From NCBI GenBank assembly GCA_041687695.1, contig JAWLBL010000006.1, positions 192,001 through 256,000 of the forward strand: a DNA stretch of 64,000 nt, in the 5' to 3' direction. The notes below the pieces were generated by a model. The model worked only from the letters and a program-made list of their open reading frames with translations. It was not told where the DNA came from and made no database searches. Below, in pieces: positions 17,251 to 31,561 of the stretch. Numbering within the stretch: position 1 is the first letter of the stretch; each line of letters begins with the position of its first letter. Made by a program: the position numbers and the translations under genes. The DNA comes from Myxococcota bacterium. Its GTDB lineage: Bacteria; Myxococcota_A; UBA9042; PHBI01; JAWLBL01.

Positions 17251-17326
17251 TGCCCCCGACAGGAATCGAACCTGTGACTCACAGGGATTAGGAATCCCCG
17301 GCTCTATCCAACTGAGCTACGGGGGC
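17251..17326 (-). tRNA. tRNA-Arg (anticodon CCT), CCA not encoded
   Basis: Cloverleaf: GCCCCCG/CGGGGGC acceptor stem, GCTC/GAGC D stem, GGGGA-TTCCTAA-TCCCT anticodon arm, ACAGG-TTCGATT-CCTGT T arm. Confidence 0.93.
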
Positions 17327-17350
17327 TTTTCTCATTGAAGGACGCGGCGG

Positions 17351-17380
17351 GTTCTAGCAGAGCGCGCCGGGGCCGGTCAA
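17351..17380 (-). promoter_or_regulatory. Sigma70-type promoter of the tRNA (possibly also ihfB)
   Basis: TTGACC-18 nt-TAGAAC with an extended -10 TG. Confidence 0.55.
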
Positions 17381-17418
17381 GGGCCCAAACGCTCATGTCC
17401 AAGCGCACTTGCGCCATG

Positions 17419-17447
17419 TTGACACGCCCAGAACGGGTGCCCACTAT
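17419..17447 (+). promoter_or_regulatory. Sigma70-type promoter of metG
   Basis: TTGACA-17 nt-CACTAT. Confidence 0.55.
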
Positions 17448-17471
17448 AGGCGCCCTCCCGGAGGTGCCGTC

Positions 17472-19415
<1,944 letters not shown>

Positions 19416-19433
19416 CGCGCCCCCGGCGGGCCC

Positions 19434-19964
19434 TCAGCCCGTGACGTGCAGCAGGCTCTGGATCTCGACCCCGTCGGGCAGCCTGGCGCGTCCGCTCAGG
19501 AAGTCGAGCTCGATGACGAAGGCGAAGCCGGCGAGATCGGCGCCCTGCGCGCGGACCATGCCGGCCACGGCCGCGGCCGTGCCGCCCGTCGCCAGCACGT
19601 CGTCGACGACCAGGGCCCGGTCGCCGGCGCCCAGGCTGTCCTCGTGCATCTCGAGGCGGTCCTGCCCGTACTCGAGGTCGTAGCTGACGCCGATGGTCGC
19701 GCGTGGCAGCTTGCCGGGCTTGCGCACCAGCACCAGGCCGACCCCCAGCGCGTAGGCGACGGCCGCGCCGAAGATGAAGCCGCGCGACTCGATGCCCACG
19801 ACGCGCGTGATGCCGCGGCCGCGCCAGGCGTCGGCCACCGCGTCGACCACCTCGCGCAGGCCCTCGGCGTCCGAGAGGACGGGCGTGATGTCCTTGAACA
19901 CGATGCCCGGCTTGGGGAAGTCGGGGACGTCGACGATGAGGCGGCGCAGGGTGCCGTCGGCCAT
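19434..19964 (-). CDS. apt: Adenine phosphoribosyltransferase
   Basis: [38 protein letters not shown]. Confidence 0.96.
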   Translation of the reverse strand: MADGTLRRLIVDVPDFPKPGIVFKDITPVLSDAEGLREVVDAVADAWRGRGITRVVGIESRGFIFGAAVAYALGVGLVLVRKPGKLPRATIGVSYDLEYGQDRLEMHEDSLGAGDRALVVDDVLATGGTAAAVAGMVRAQGADLAGFAFVIELDFLSGRARLPDGVEIQSLLHVTG

Positions 19965-19965
19965 G

Positions 19966-20757
19966 TCAGGGCTCCTCGGAGTTCCAGGGCTCGAGCGCCT
20001 CGAGCGCGCGATAGTGGGTGGTGTCCAGGGCGAGCGGGGTCATCGAGACGTAGCCGCTCATGACGGCCTGGCAGTCGGTGCCCGCGATGTTCTCCATGCG
20101 CGGCATCGACCCGCCGATCCAGATGTAGGGCTGACCGCGCGGGTCCTCTCGGACGATGATCTCGTCGGAGTACGAGCGCTGGCCGAGGCGCGTGACGTGC
20201 AGGCCGCGCAGGCCGGGGACGCCGGCCCACGAGACGCCCGCCTCGACGTCCTCGTCGCGCGGCGTCGGGATGTTCACGTTCAGCACCGTCCCCGGCGGGA
20301 CGCCCCGGTCGCGCACCCCCTCGAGGATGCGCGTGACGGCGGGGGCGATGGCCTCGAACGGGTAGCCGGGGCCGACCATGGACAGGGCGACCGCGGGGAT
20401 GCCCTTGACCAGCCCCTCGCGCGCGGCGCCCACCGTGCCCGAGTAGTACACGTCCCAGCCCAGGTTCGGCCCGCGGTTGATGCCCGACAGGACCAGATCG
20501 GGGCGTGCCTCGGCGCACAGGTGCCCCAGCGCGAACAGGACGCAGTCGACGGGCGTGCCGCTGATGGACCAGGTGGCCTCGCCGTGCTGCTCGGACCGCA
20601 GCAGGGTGTGCAGGGTGAGGCCGTGGCCCACGCCGCTCTTCTCGCTGGCCGGCGCGACGACGAGCACCTCGTCGAAGACCTGGCGCGCGCACTCGGCCAG
20701 CACGCCGATGCCGGGCGAGAGCAGGCCGTCGTCGTTCGTCACCAGGACGCGCGTCAC
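19966..20757 (-). CDS. surE: 5'/3'-nucleotidase SurE
   Basis: [35 protein letters not shown] start overlapping the upstream TGA. Confidence 0.95.
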   Translation of the reverse strand: MTRVLVTNDDGLLSPGIGVLAECARQVFDEVLVVAPASEKSGVGHGLTLHTLLRSEQHGEATWSISGTPVDCVLFALGHLCAEARPDLVLSGINRGPNLGWDVYYSGTVGAAREGLVKGIPAVALSMVGPGYPFEAIAPAVTRILEGVRDRGVPPGTVLNVNIPTPRDEDVEAGVSWAGVPGLRGLHVTRLGQRSYSDEIIVREDPRGQPYIWIGGSMPRMENIAGTDCQAVMSGYVSMTPLALDTTHYRALEALEPWNSEEP

Positions 20758-21110
20758 GGGGCCGTCTCGTCCTCGGTCGTCGTCGGCGCGGCGCCCGGGA
20801 AGACACAGGTCCAGTCCGGGCCACACTGCAGCGGCAGGCCACGCTCGTCGCGGACGTAGGCGCAGGCGACCGTCTGGCTGCACGGCTCGCCCTCGAGCGA
20901 GGTCCCCGTGCACACCGGGAAGGGCGCGCCCTGCACGTCGTCGCAGAGGAAGCCGGCGCCCATGGCGCAGTCCTCGTCGAAGTAGCACGGGTAGCCGGGC
21001 CCGCCGCCCTTGGACGGGAACTCGAAGTCCTCGGTGCAGGCGGCGAGGGCGCCGGCCACGAGCAGCCCCATCAGTCCACGAATCGCCAGTCGGTGCGCGC
21101 GCTTCAGCAT
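20754..21110 (-). CDS. Cys-rich lipoprotein
   Basis: LLVAGALAA-C lipobox; GYPCYFDEDC and GEPCSQTVAC repeats. Confidence 0.7.
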   Translation of the reverse strand: MLKRAHRLAIRGLMGLLVAGALAACTEDFEFPSKGGGPGYPCYFDEDCAMGAGFLCDDVQGAPFPVCTGTSLEGEPCSQTVACAYVRDERGLPLQCGPDWTCVFPGAAPTTTEDETAP

Positions 21111-21236
21111 GGGCCGGACGGTACCCGCGGGCCCTGGGGACCGCAAGCCGCAGGTTGGGGGTCTGAAGTCACCAGGGCGCGTCGCGCAGGTGGGACGCCG
21201 GCCGCGCGTTCGCCGTGCGCGCGGGCCCTCGCCGGC

Positions 21237-21252
21237 TGGCACGCCGCCTGCA
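21237..21252 (+). promoter_or_regulatory. Sigma54 (-24/-12) promoter upstream of the sigma factor gene
   Basis: TGGCACG-CCGC-CTGCA, GG-N10-GC; predicted +1 about 3 nt before ATG 21266. Confidence 0.65.
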
Positions 21253-21265
21253 CTGCGGCGCGGGC

Positions 21266-21766
21266 ATGGACACGCTACCGCCGACCCTCTCGCGCCACCG
21301 GGCGTGGCTGCACAAGCACGCTCGCATGGTCGCCGAACCCTACGCCGATCTCCTGGACCCCGACGACCTCGAGGCGCTGGTCGACCTGGGCATGGTGCAG
21401 GCCTTTCGCGCCTTCGATCGGCGCCGGGGCGTCGCCTTCCCGCGCTACGCCCGCCGGTACGTCGAGGGCCTGGTCCGCGACGCCGCCGGCCGCGAGATCG
21501 CCCATCGCCGCCTGCTACGGGCCGCCAGCGCCGAGCCGCCGCCGCCGCCTCGCCCCCACGCCGGCTACGCGCGCGTGCTCAGCCACCGGCTGCTGGCGCA
21601 GCTGCCCGAGGCCCAGGCCACGCTGTACCTGCGCCACGTGGCTGGCGGCGAGAGCCTGGCCGAGATCGCGCGCGACGCCGGCCACCACCGCGCCTGGGCC
21701 ACGCGCCTGTTCGCCGCCGCCGACGACCGCCTGAGGCGCGTCGTAGGGCGCGCCGGGATCAGTTGA
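21266..21766 (+). CDS. Minimal FliA/WhiG-like sigma-70 family factor (regions 2 and 4 only)
   Basis: DDLEALVDLGMVQAFRAFDRRRGVAFPRYARRYVEG (region 2); LPEAQ...GGESLAEIARDAGHHRAWATRL (region 4 HTH). Confidence 0.7.
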   Translation: MDTLPPTLSRHRAWLHKHARMVAEPYADLLDPDDLEALVDLGMVQAFRAFDRRRGVAFPRYARRYVEGLVRDAAGREIAHRRLLRAASAEPPPPPRPHAGYARVLSHRLLAQLPEAQATLYLRHVAGGESLAEIARDAGHHRAWATRLFAAADDRLRRVVGRAGIS

Positions 21767-21805
21767 GCGGCGCGTCGCGGGGCGCGCCGGGATCAGTTGA
21801 GCGGC
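21746..21805. repeat. 26-bp direct repeat x2 at a convergent gene junction
   Basis: GGGCGCGCCGGGATCAGTTGAGCGGC at 21746-21771 and 21780-21805. Confidence 0.9.
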
Positions 21806-24075
21806 ACGACGCAGGCGGGCGTGGCCGTGTTGAGGTTGCCCGACAGGCCCTTCATGCCCTTGTTGCCGTTGGCGTCGCCGCCGATGCCGCCCAGGCCGCC
21901 GGTCCCCAGCGGCTGGAAGCTCACGTTCGAGCACAGCGGGTCGCTGCTGCCGGCCACGTACAAGCCGAAGGCCACCCCGCCGGCCCCGCCGCCGCCGTGG
22001 CCGCCGGCCCCGCCGTTGCCCCCGGCGCCGCCCGGGCCCCCCGCGCCGCCCTGGGGGCCGCAGTCGAAGCTCGAGCCCTTCTGGGTGGTGCCGCCCGGGC
22101 CGCCCGTCTTGCCCAGGCCACCGGCGCCGCCCATGCCGCCCGGCCCGCCCATGCCGCCCGTCTTGTGGCTCAGGCTCAGGTCCTTGAGCACGGGCTTGCC
22201 GTCCATGATGAAGACGGCGATCGACGCGCCGCCGGCTCCGCCGCCCTTGCCGGGGGTGCCGCCGCAGCCTGCGCCGCCACCGCCGCCGCCGCCCGCGCCC
22301 CACGACGCGCAGAAGATCCCGCCGCTGTTGCCGCCGCCCGAGCCGCCGCCGCCGCCGCCGTGGCCGTCCTTGCCGGCCGTGCCGGGCTCGCCGGCCTCTC
22401 CGATCCACAGCCCGTCGGCGTTGACGCTCCCACCCGCGCCGCCGCCCGCGCCATGGACACCCGCCGCGCCCGAGGCGCCGTCCGAGCCCTTGCTGCCCGC
22501 GCTGCCCCCCGCCGTGCCGTCGGGCGAGGGCGACCCCGCCTTGCCCGAGTCGCTCCCGCACGCCCCGTCGGCGCCCTTGCCGCCGTTGCCCACCCCGGAG
22601 CTGCAGGTCGACGCGCCGATGGCGCCGCCCTTGCCGCCGTAGGTGTTGAACTCGTTGCAGTTGCAGTCACAGGTGATGACGGACCCGCCCGGCTGCCCGA
22701 CCGCGCCGTCGTCGCCCTTGCCCCCGTGCCCGCCGCCGAGCCCGGCGCCGCCGTTGCCGGCCGTCACGTTCAGGCGGTTGAGCACCATGGCCTGCGTGAC
22801 CTTGCGCAGCCACACGCCATAGCTGGAGCCGCCGGGGTTCGGGTTGTTGCCGGCCTTGACGGTCAGGCCGCTGAGCACCGTCGGCTTGGTCAGCCCGTTG
22901 GCCATCACGACGCGGATGTGGCCGCTGTCGTCGACGGCGTCGTTGGTCACGATGGTCTCGTGCAGCGACAGGTTCCGCACCCACTGGCCGTCGCTCGAGT
23001 AGCCGCCGTAGATCGACACGCCGTCGACCAGCGCGATCTGGCCGGCGTAGGTCCCGGCCGCGACGTAGACGTGGTCCTTGCCGCCCTGCGTGGCCTTCTG
23101 GATGCCCTTGGTGATGGTGCGGACCGGGGCGGCGCGCGTGCCGGCGGCGTTGTCCTGGCCGCCGGGGGCCACGAAGATGGCCCGCTCGACCTCGCCGTCG
23201 ACCCCGTCGCAGTCCTCGTCGAGGCCGGCGTCGTCGGGCAGGTCCAGCTCGGACGTGACCGTGCAGGCGTACTCGCAGCCGTCGTCGGCCTCGCCGTTCA
23301 GATCGACCCACCCCGCCTCGCACCCGGCGAGCTTGCACTTGCCGCCCTGGCAACCGGGCACGCCGTTGTCGAACGCGCACGCGTGGCCGCACGTGCCGCA
23401 GTGCTCCGGGTCGTTCATCAGGTCGACGTCGGGGCCGCACAGGCACGAGCCGTTGTCCGGGACGCACTGCTTGCTCGTCGCGCCCCCCTGGCCGTCGTCG
23501 ACGTCGACGCAGCTGAAGTCGGCCGGGCACACGTTCGGGTCGGCCGCGCACGACCGCCCACAGTAGTTGCCCCCGTCGAGCGGCAGGCAGAGGTCGCCCG
23601 GCACCTCGCAGTCCGAGTGCTGAAAGCAGGGTTGGCACAGGTTGTCGATGACGGGGATGCACAGGAAGATCGGGTCGCCCCCACCCGCGATCGACTTGCA
23701 GCTCCAGCCCTCGGGGCAGCTGTCGATGCAGGTCTTCGTGCAGCGCTGGGCCACCACCTCGTCGTCGACGGCGATGCAGTAGCCCGACTCGCACTGCACG
23801 TTGAACTCGCACGGGCACAGAAAGCCCAGCGGCTCCTCGTCGCAGGCCGTCGGCGTCGGCCCGCCGTCACCGCTCACCTCCGCGTCGTCCGCGGGGGCCA
23901 GGTCGCCCGTGCTCAGGTCGACCAGCGGGATCTCCAGGATCGGGGGGAGGTCGTCGAGGACGTCCGCCGTCTTGCCGTCCTCGTCCGTGGCCAGGGGCTC
24001 GTCGCCGCAGGCGTGGAGGCCGGCCGCGGCGAGCCAGAGGACCAGGGCCGAAGCGGTGCGGGTCGGGGTGCGCAT
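21793..24075 (-). CDS. Large lipoprotein: Cys-rich repeats, MopE-like DEDCDG motif, DUF1565-like segment, PGRS-like Gly-rich C-terminus
   Basis: AAAGLHA-C lipobox; DPEHCGTCGHAC; IFVAPGGQDNAAGTRAAPVRTI; GGxGGxGG repeats. Confidence 0.8.
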   Translation of the reverse strand: MRTPTRTASALVLWLAAAGLHACGDEPLATDEDGKTADVLDDLPPILEIPLVDLSTGDLAPADDAEVSGDGGPTPTACDEEPLGFLCPCEFNVQCESGYCIAVDDEVVAQRCTKTCIDSCPEGWSCKSIAGGGDPIFLCIPVIDNLCQPCFQHSDCEVPGDLCLPLDGGNYCGRSCAADPNVCPADFSCVDVDDGQGGATSKQCVPDNGSCLCGPDVDLMNDPEHCGTCGHACAFDNGVPGCQGGKCKLAGCEAGWVDLNGEADDGCEYACTVTSELDLPDDAGLDEDCDGVDGEVERAIFVAPGGQDNAAGTRAAPVRTITKGIQKATQGGKDHVYVAAGTYAGQIALVDGVSIYGGYSSDGQWVRNLSLHETIVTNDAVDDSGHIRVVMANGLTKPTVLSGLTVKAGNNPNPGGSSYGVWLRKVTQAMVLNRLNVTAGNGGAGLGGGHGGKGDDGAVGQPGGSVITCDCNCNEFNTYGGKGGAIGASTCSSGVGNGGKGADGACGSDSGKAGSPSPDGTAGGSAGSKGSDGASGAAGVHGAGGGAGGSVNADGLWIGEAGEPGTAGKDGHGGGGGGSGGGNSGGIFCASWGAGGGGGGGAGCGGTPGKGGGAGGASIAVFIMDGKPVLKDLSLSHKTGGMGGPGGMGGAGGLGKTGGPGGTTQKGSSFDCGPQGGAGGPGGAGGNGGAGGHGGGGAGGVAFGLYVAGSSDPLCSNVSFQPLGTGGLGGIGGDANGNKGMKGLSGNLNTATPACVVPLN

Positions 24076-24221
24076 GCCGAGCAAGCTACTGCAGACGCGC
24101 GGGGCGCGGCAAACGAACACGTGCCCCGGCGCGACCCCGCTTGGGGACCGCCACGCCGGCCTGCCCCCCGGGCGACGCACGAAGCGAGACATTTGCCGTC
24201 GGCGGCGGTATCACTCCGCCA

Positions 24222-25001
24222 ATGACCAGCACGCCGACCACCCACTCCGGCCCGCCCCTGGTGGCCATCAGCCCCAACACGCTGCCGCCCCAGGATCGGC
24301 GCTTCTACAAGAACAAGCCGCTCGAGTACGGCGAGGCGACCCTGGCGTACGCCGTGCGGCTCGCGGGTGGCCTGCCGATGATGGCCTACCGCGCCGGCGC
24401 GCGCACGCCCGAGGAGCTGGCCGACGGGGCCCTGCGCGTGATGCAGCGCTGCCAGGGGCTGGTCCTCAGCGGCGGCCAGGACATCTCGCCCGAGATGTAC
24501 GGCGAGCGCCTGGCCAACGAGGCCTGGCGCGGCGACGTCGACCGCGATCGCTGGGAGCTGGCCCTGTACCGGGCGTCCATCGACCTGGGGCGGCCGGTCC
24601 TGGGCGTCTGCCGGGGCGCGCAGCTCATCAACGTCGCCGAGGGCGGCTCGCTCTACCAGGATCTGCCGACGATGCGCGACGGCGCCTCGGTGCACCGCTG
24701 CCAGGAGCGCTACGACACGCTCTCGCACGACGTCCACATCGAGCCGGACACCGAGCTGCACGGCATCTTCGGCGACGAGGCGCACCACGTGAACTCGGTG
24801 CACCACCAGGGTCTCAAGGACATCGCCATGGGCCTGCGCGTCGTGGGGTCGGCCGACGACGGCGTCATCGAGGCCTTCGAGCGCATGGGCCCGCTGTGGG
24901 TCGTCGGCGTGCAGTGGCACCCCGAGTGGATGCTCGACCGCGAGAGCCAGCGCCGCCTGTTCCAGCGCTTCGTCGAGGTCTGCCGCCCGGTGCCGGCCTG
25001 A
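24222..25001 (+). CDS. Peptidase C26 / gamma-glutamyl-gamma-aminobutyrate hydrolase family
   Basis: LVLSGGQDI, PVLGVCRGAQLINV, VNSVHHQG, GVQWHPE. Confidence 0.9.
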   Translation: MTSTPTTHSGPPLVAISPNTLPPQDRRFYKNKPLEYGEATLAYAVRLAGGLPMMAYRAGARTPEELADGALRVMQRCQGLVLSGGQDISPEMYGERLANEAWRGDVDRDRWELALYRASIDLGRPVLGVCRGAQLINVAEGGSLYQDLPTMRDGASVHRCQERYDTLSHDVHIEPDTELHGIFGDEAHHVNSVHHQGLKDIAMGLRVVGSADDGVIEAFERMGPLWVVGVQWHPEWMLDRESQRRLFQRFVEVCRPVPA

Positions 25002-25888
25002 TGCGGGTCGCCGGGCTGCTCGCCCTCGCGCTGGCGCTGTCGGCGCCGGCCTGCGAGTCGACCCCGCCGCCCGAGGCCGCGCTCGCCTCCCAGCCCCTGC
25101 CGCCGGGCGACGCGCTGCCGCCCCGCGTCGCGTCCATGCTCTACGGCAGCACCGACGCGTGCCGGCTCGACGCCGAGTGCCCGTCGACCCTGTGCAACTT
25201 CGGCACCTGCGTGGGTGTCCTGGTGATCGACCAGCGCTGGATGCAGGAGCAGGCGACCCAGGCCGTCGTCGCGGCCGTCGAGCGGCAACCCGAGCTGCGC
25301 GAGCGGGTCGTCGCGGCGCTGGTGTCCGGGCTGCGCCGTCAGTCGGGCGACACGGCCTTCCAGGCCCGGGCCCTGCTGCCGCTCGAGGCGCTGGGGGCCA
25401 CCGACGCGCTGGCCCAGGCGCTGACCCTGGCCGACGAGCGCCTGCAGGCCGCCGCGGCCCTGGGCCTGACCCGGCTGGGCGACCCGCGCGGCCTGCCGAT
25501 GGCCGCGGCCCTCACCGAGAGCGCCCAGCCCGCCCTGGCGGCCGAGGCCATCTGGTCGCTGGGGCGCTCCCGGCAGCCCGACGCCCTGGCTCCGCTGCTG
25601 CGCTACCTGCACCCCGAGACCGACCGCACCCTGCTGCGCGCGACGCTGTCCGCCCTGGGCGAGCTGGGCGATCGGCGCGCCGTCCGCCCGCTGGTGGCCT
25701 TCCTCGACGAGGCGCCCGAGTCCCTGCAGGTCCGCGTCGCCACCTCGCTGCGCCTGCTGACGGACGCGCCGCTGGGCCGCGATCCCGAGGCCTGGCGCGC
25801 CTGGGTCGACCAGAACGCGCCGCCGGCGCCCCCCGCCTACGAGGTCCGCGTCCCCGAGCCCGATGGCGACTTCCTGCCGCCGCCCTGA
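25001..25888 (+). CDS. HEAT-repeat lipoprotein
   Basis: Lipobox SAPA-C; short Cys motif; ALGELGDRRAVRPLV-type repeats; ATG overlaps the upstream TGA. Confidence 0.75.
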   Translation: MRVAGLLALALALSAPACESTPPPEAALASQPLPPGDALPPRVASMLYGSTDACRLDAECPSTLCNFGTCVGVLVIDQRWMQEQATQAVVAAVERQPELRERVVAALVSGLRRQSGDTAFQARALLPLEALGATDALAQALTLADERLQAAAALGLTRLGDPRGLPMAAALTESAQPALAAEAIWSLGRSRQPDALAPLLRYLHPETDRTLLRATLSALGELGDRRAVRPLVAFLDEAPESLQVRVATSLRLLTDAPLGRDPEAWRAWVDQNAPPAPPAYEVRVPEPDGDFLPPP

Positions 25889-26026
25889 GCCCGCGCGCCC
25901 GTCCCTTGGGACCTACACGGATCTGACGGGCCGTCGCATGGGGACCCGGCCGGCTTGCATTGTCGCGCGCGGACCGACTAATCATGACGTCGGGGGCCGG
26001 TCCGACACGCGACACGAGGGCAGCCT

Positions 26027-27010
<984 letters not shown>

Positions 27011-27113
27011 GGGCCGGGGCCGACGGGCGCAGGAGCCGCTGCGCGACGCGCGTTTGAATAAGTGGACACCCCGGGGCGTAGGAGCCATTCGTTCCCCCCG
27101 CCCCGGAGAGCCC

Positions 27114-27614
27114 ATGCGCTTGTCCACCGTCCTCGTCGCCCTCGGCCTGACCTGCGCGCCCGCGGCCGCCCTCGCCGACACCGGCCTGTACCTGGGCGTC
27201 GGCCCGCGCTTTTCGAGCGCGGGCGCCGACACGACCGGCGTCCTGCGCGTCGTGATGGGCCTCGAGCCGATGCTGCACCTGGCGCTCGACGGCTACGGCT
27301 ACCTGACCGGACCGGGCACGACCGACGGCACCCCGCTCGCCGGCGGCGGGGCGACGCTCTTGTTCCGACCGCCCATCCCGGGCCCGTTCACCGCCGAGCT
27401 GGGCCTGGGGGTCGGTCTCGCGAACTTCACGCCCGACCGCCACGGCGTCGACGACCTCCGCGCCTACTGGAACGGCGAGGCCGCGGTGGGCTTCGGCCTC
27501 GGGCCGCTCGAGAGCCGCCTCGTCTACCAGCGCGTCCTGGGCGCGCCCGACGGCGTCCGCGTGGGCGGGTCGCTGACGAGCCAGCTGATGTTCATGGTGG
27601 GCGTCGAGCTCTGA
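27114..27614 (+). CDS. Secreted protein, probable small OM beta-barrel
   Basis: Signal peptide ending AAALA; alternating beta-strand pattern; GGAGAG RBS. Confidence 0.6.
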   Translation: MRLSTVLVALGLTCAPAAALADTGLYLGVGPRFSSAGADTTGVLRVVMGLEPMLHLALDGYGYLTGPGTTDGTPLAGGGATLLFRPPIPGPFTAELGLGVGLANFTPDRHGVDDLRAYWNGEAAVGFGLGPLESRLVYQRVLGAPDGVRVGGSLTSQLMFMVGVEL

Positions 27615-27621
27615 GGACCGA

Positions 27622-27912
27622 TCAGCCGGCCAGGCGCCCGGCCACCTGGTCGGGATCCAGGCCCTCGACCCGCACGCGCTTGCGGCGCCCGGTCGCGCCG
27701 GCCATCAGCGTCACGGCGCCCCTGGGCACCCCCAGCGCGGCCGCGAAGAAGCGCACCAGGGCCGCGTTCGCCTCGCCGTCGACCGGCGGGGCCGCCAGGG
27801 CGATCTTGAGCATGCCGTCGTGCACGCCGACGACGGCGGTCCGGCTGGCGCGCGGCTGCGCGTAGACGGGGACGACGCACGCGTCCCCGTCCGCGCTCAG
27901 CACGGCGCGCAC
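27622..27912 (-). CDS. DUF167 (YggU/UPF0235) family protein
   Basis: [38 protein letters not shown]; start may lie up to 27936. Confidence 0.85.
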   Translation of the reverse strand: MRAVLSADGDACVVPVYAQPRASRTAVVGVHDGMLKIALAAPPVDGEANAALVRFFAAALGVPRGAVTLMAGATGRRKRVRVEGLDPDQVAGRLAG

Positions 27913-27932
27913 CGCGGCCGGGTCCAGGGCGG

Positions 27933-28871
27933 CTATCGGAACAGCTCCGAGATCGAGTCGCCGTCGTGGATGCGGCGGATGGCCTTGGCGAAGATCTCGG
28001 CGACCGACAGGACGCGGAACTTCGACGACTCCTTGCCGGCGAGCGGGATGGTGTCGGTGAAGACCAGCTCGTGGATGGCCGAGCGCTCGAGGCGTTCGAC
28101 GGCCGTGCCAGCGAGGACCGGGTGCGTGAAGGCGGCCGTGACCGCCTGGGCGCCCCTCTCCATCAGGAAGTTGGCGGCCTCGACCAGGGTGCCGCCCGTC
28201 GAGACCTCGTCGTCGATGATGATGGCGTGCTTGCCCTCGACCTCGCCGATGATGTGGGTGGCCTTGGGGCGCTCGGAGTCGTCGTAGCGACGCTTGTCGA
28301 TGATGGCCATCGGCAGGTTCAGGCGGTTGGCATAGCGTCCCACCTCCTTGGCCTCGCCCGCGTCGCCGGCGACGAGGACGGCGTTCGTCAGGTCCTGGGT
28401 GCGCAGGTAGTCGGCGATGATCGGCGTCGCCTGCAGGTGGTCGACGGGCACGCGGAAGAAGCCGGCGATCTGCGGGGCGTGCAGATCCATCGTCACGACG
28501 CGGTTGGCGCCGGCCGTCTCGAGGAGATCGGCCATCAGGCGGGCCGTGATCGAGATGCGCGGCTTGTCCTTCTTGTCCGAGCGCACGTACGGGAAGTAGG
28601 GCATGACCGCGGTGATGCGCCCGGCCGAGGCGTGCTTGAGGGCGTCGATGGTGATGAGCAGCTCGATGATGCCCTCGTTCACCGGGGGCGCCGACGTCTG
28701 CACCACGAACACGTCGCAGCCGCGCACGTTCTCGTTGATCTTGACCATCAGGTTCTCGTTGGAGAACCGGATGACCTCGCTCCGGCCGACCGGCACGTCG
28801 AGGATGTGACACATCTGGGCGGCGAGGAGCGGGTGCGAGCTCCCGCTGAAGATCTTGAGGGGACCGTTCAT
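27933..28871 (-). CDS. prs: Ribose-phosphate pyrophosphokinase
   Basis: [45 protein letters not shown]. Confidence 0.93.
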   Translation of the reverse strand: MNGPLKIFSGSSHPLLAAQMCHILDVPVGRSEVIRFSNENLMVKINENVRGCDVFVVQTSAPPVNEGIIELLITIDALKHASAGRITAVMPYFPYVRSDKKDKPRISITARLMADLLETAGANRVVTMDLHAPQIAGFFRVPVDHLQATPIIADYLRTQDLTNAVLVAGDAGEAKEVGRYANRLNLPMAIIDKRRYDDSERPKATHIIGEVEGKHAIIIDDEVSTGGTLVEAANFLMERGAQAVTAAFTHPVLAGTAVERLERSAIHELVFTDTIPLAGKESSKFRVLSVAEIFAKAIRRIHDGDSISELFR

Positions 28872-29073
28872 GACGACGTCTCCGAGCAGGCGAGGGGAGC
28901 CACAGGCGCGCCCTTCCTAATGACCGGGTCCGCCCATGTCAACGACTGCCGCCAGCCGCCACGGGGCCGCTCGGCAACCGTGCAACACCATCCTTGACGC
29001 GGACTTGGCCGGGGACATAAACAAGCGCCCCGCATACCGGAACCAGGACGAGCCACCAGCGCGGAGCCGAACC

Positions 29074-30312
<1,239 letters not shown>

Positions 30313-30389
30313 AGAGGTCCGACGCGCGGGGGGCGGTCCGGCGACGGGAGCCCCTCGAGCGACGTGCCCGCCACTACCCGGGGAACCCC

Positions 30390-31550
<1,161 letters not shown>

Positions 31551-31561
31551 GGAGGAGACCG

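Noticed and set aside
17173..17326. Integrated element at the tRNA
   Set aside because: No integrase, no duplicated tRNA 3' end, and both flanks are core genes (ihfB, metG).
21010..24225. 1071-aa plus-strand ORF and similar long ORFs (9919-12567, 48250-51198, 52287-54677, 17304-19241)
   Set aside because: Antisense or off-frame shadows of well-supported genes; Arg/Pro/Ala-rich, as expected from stop-codon scarcity at very high GC.
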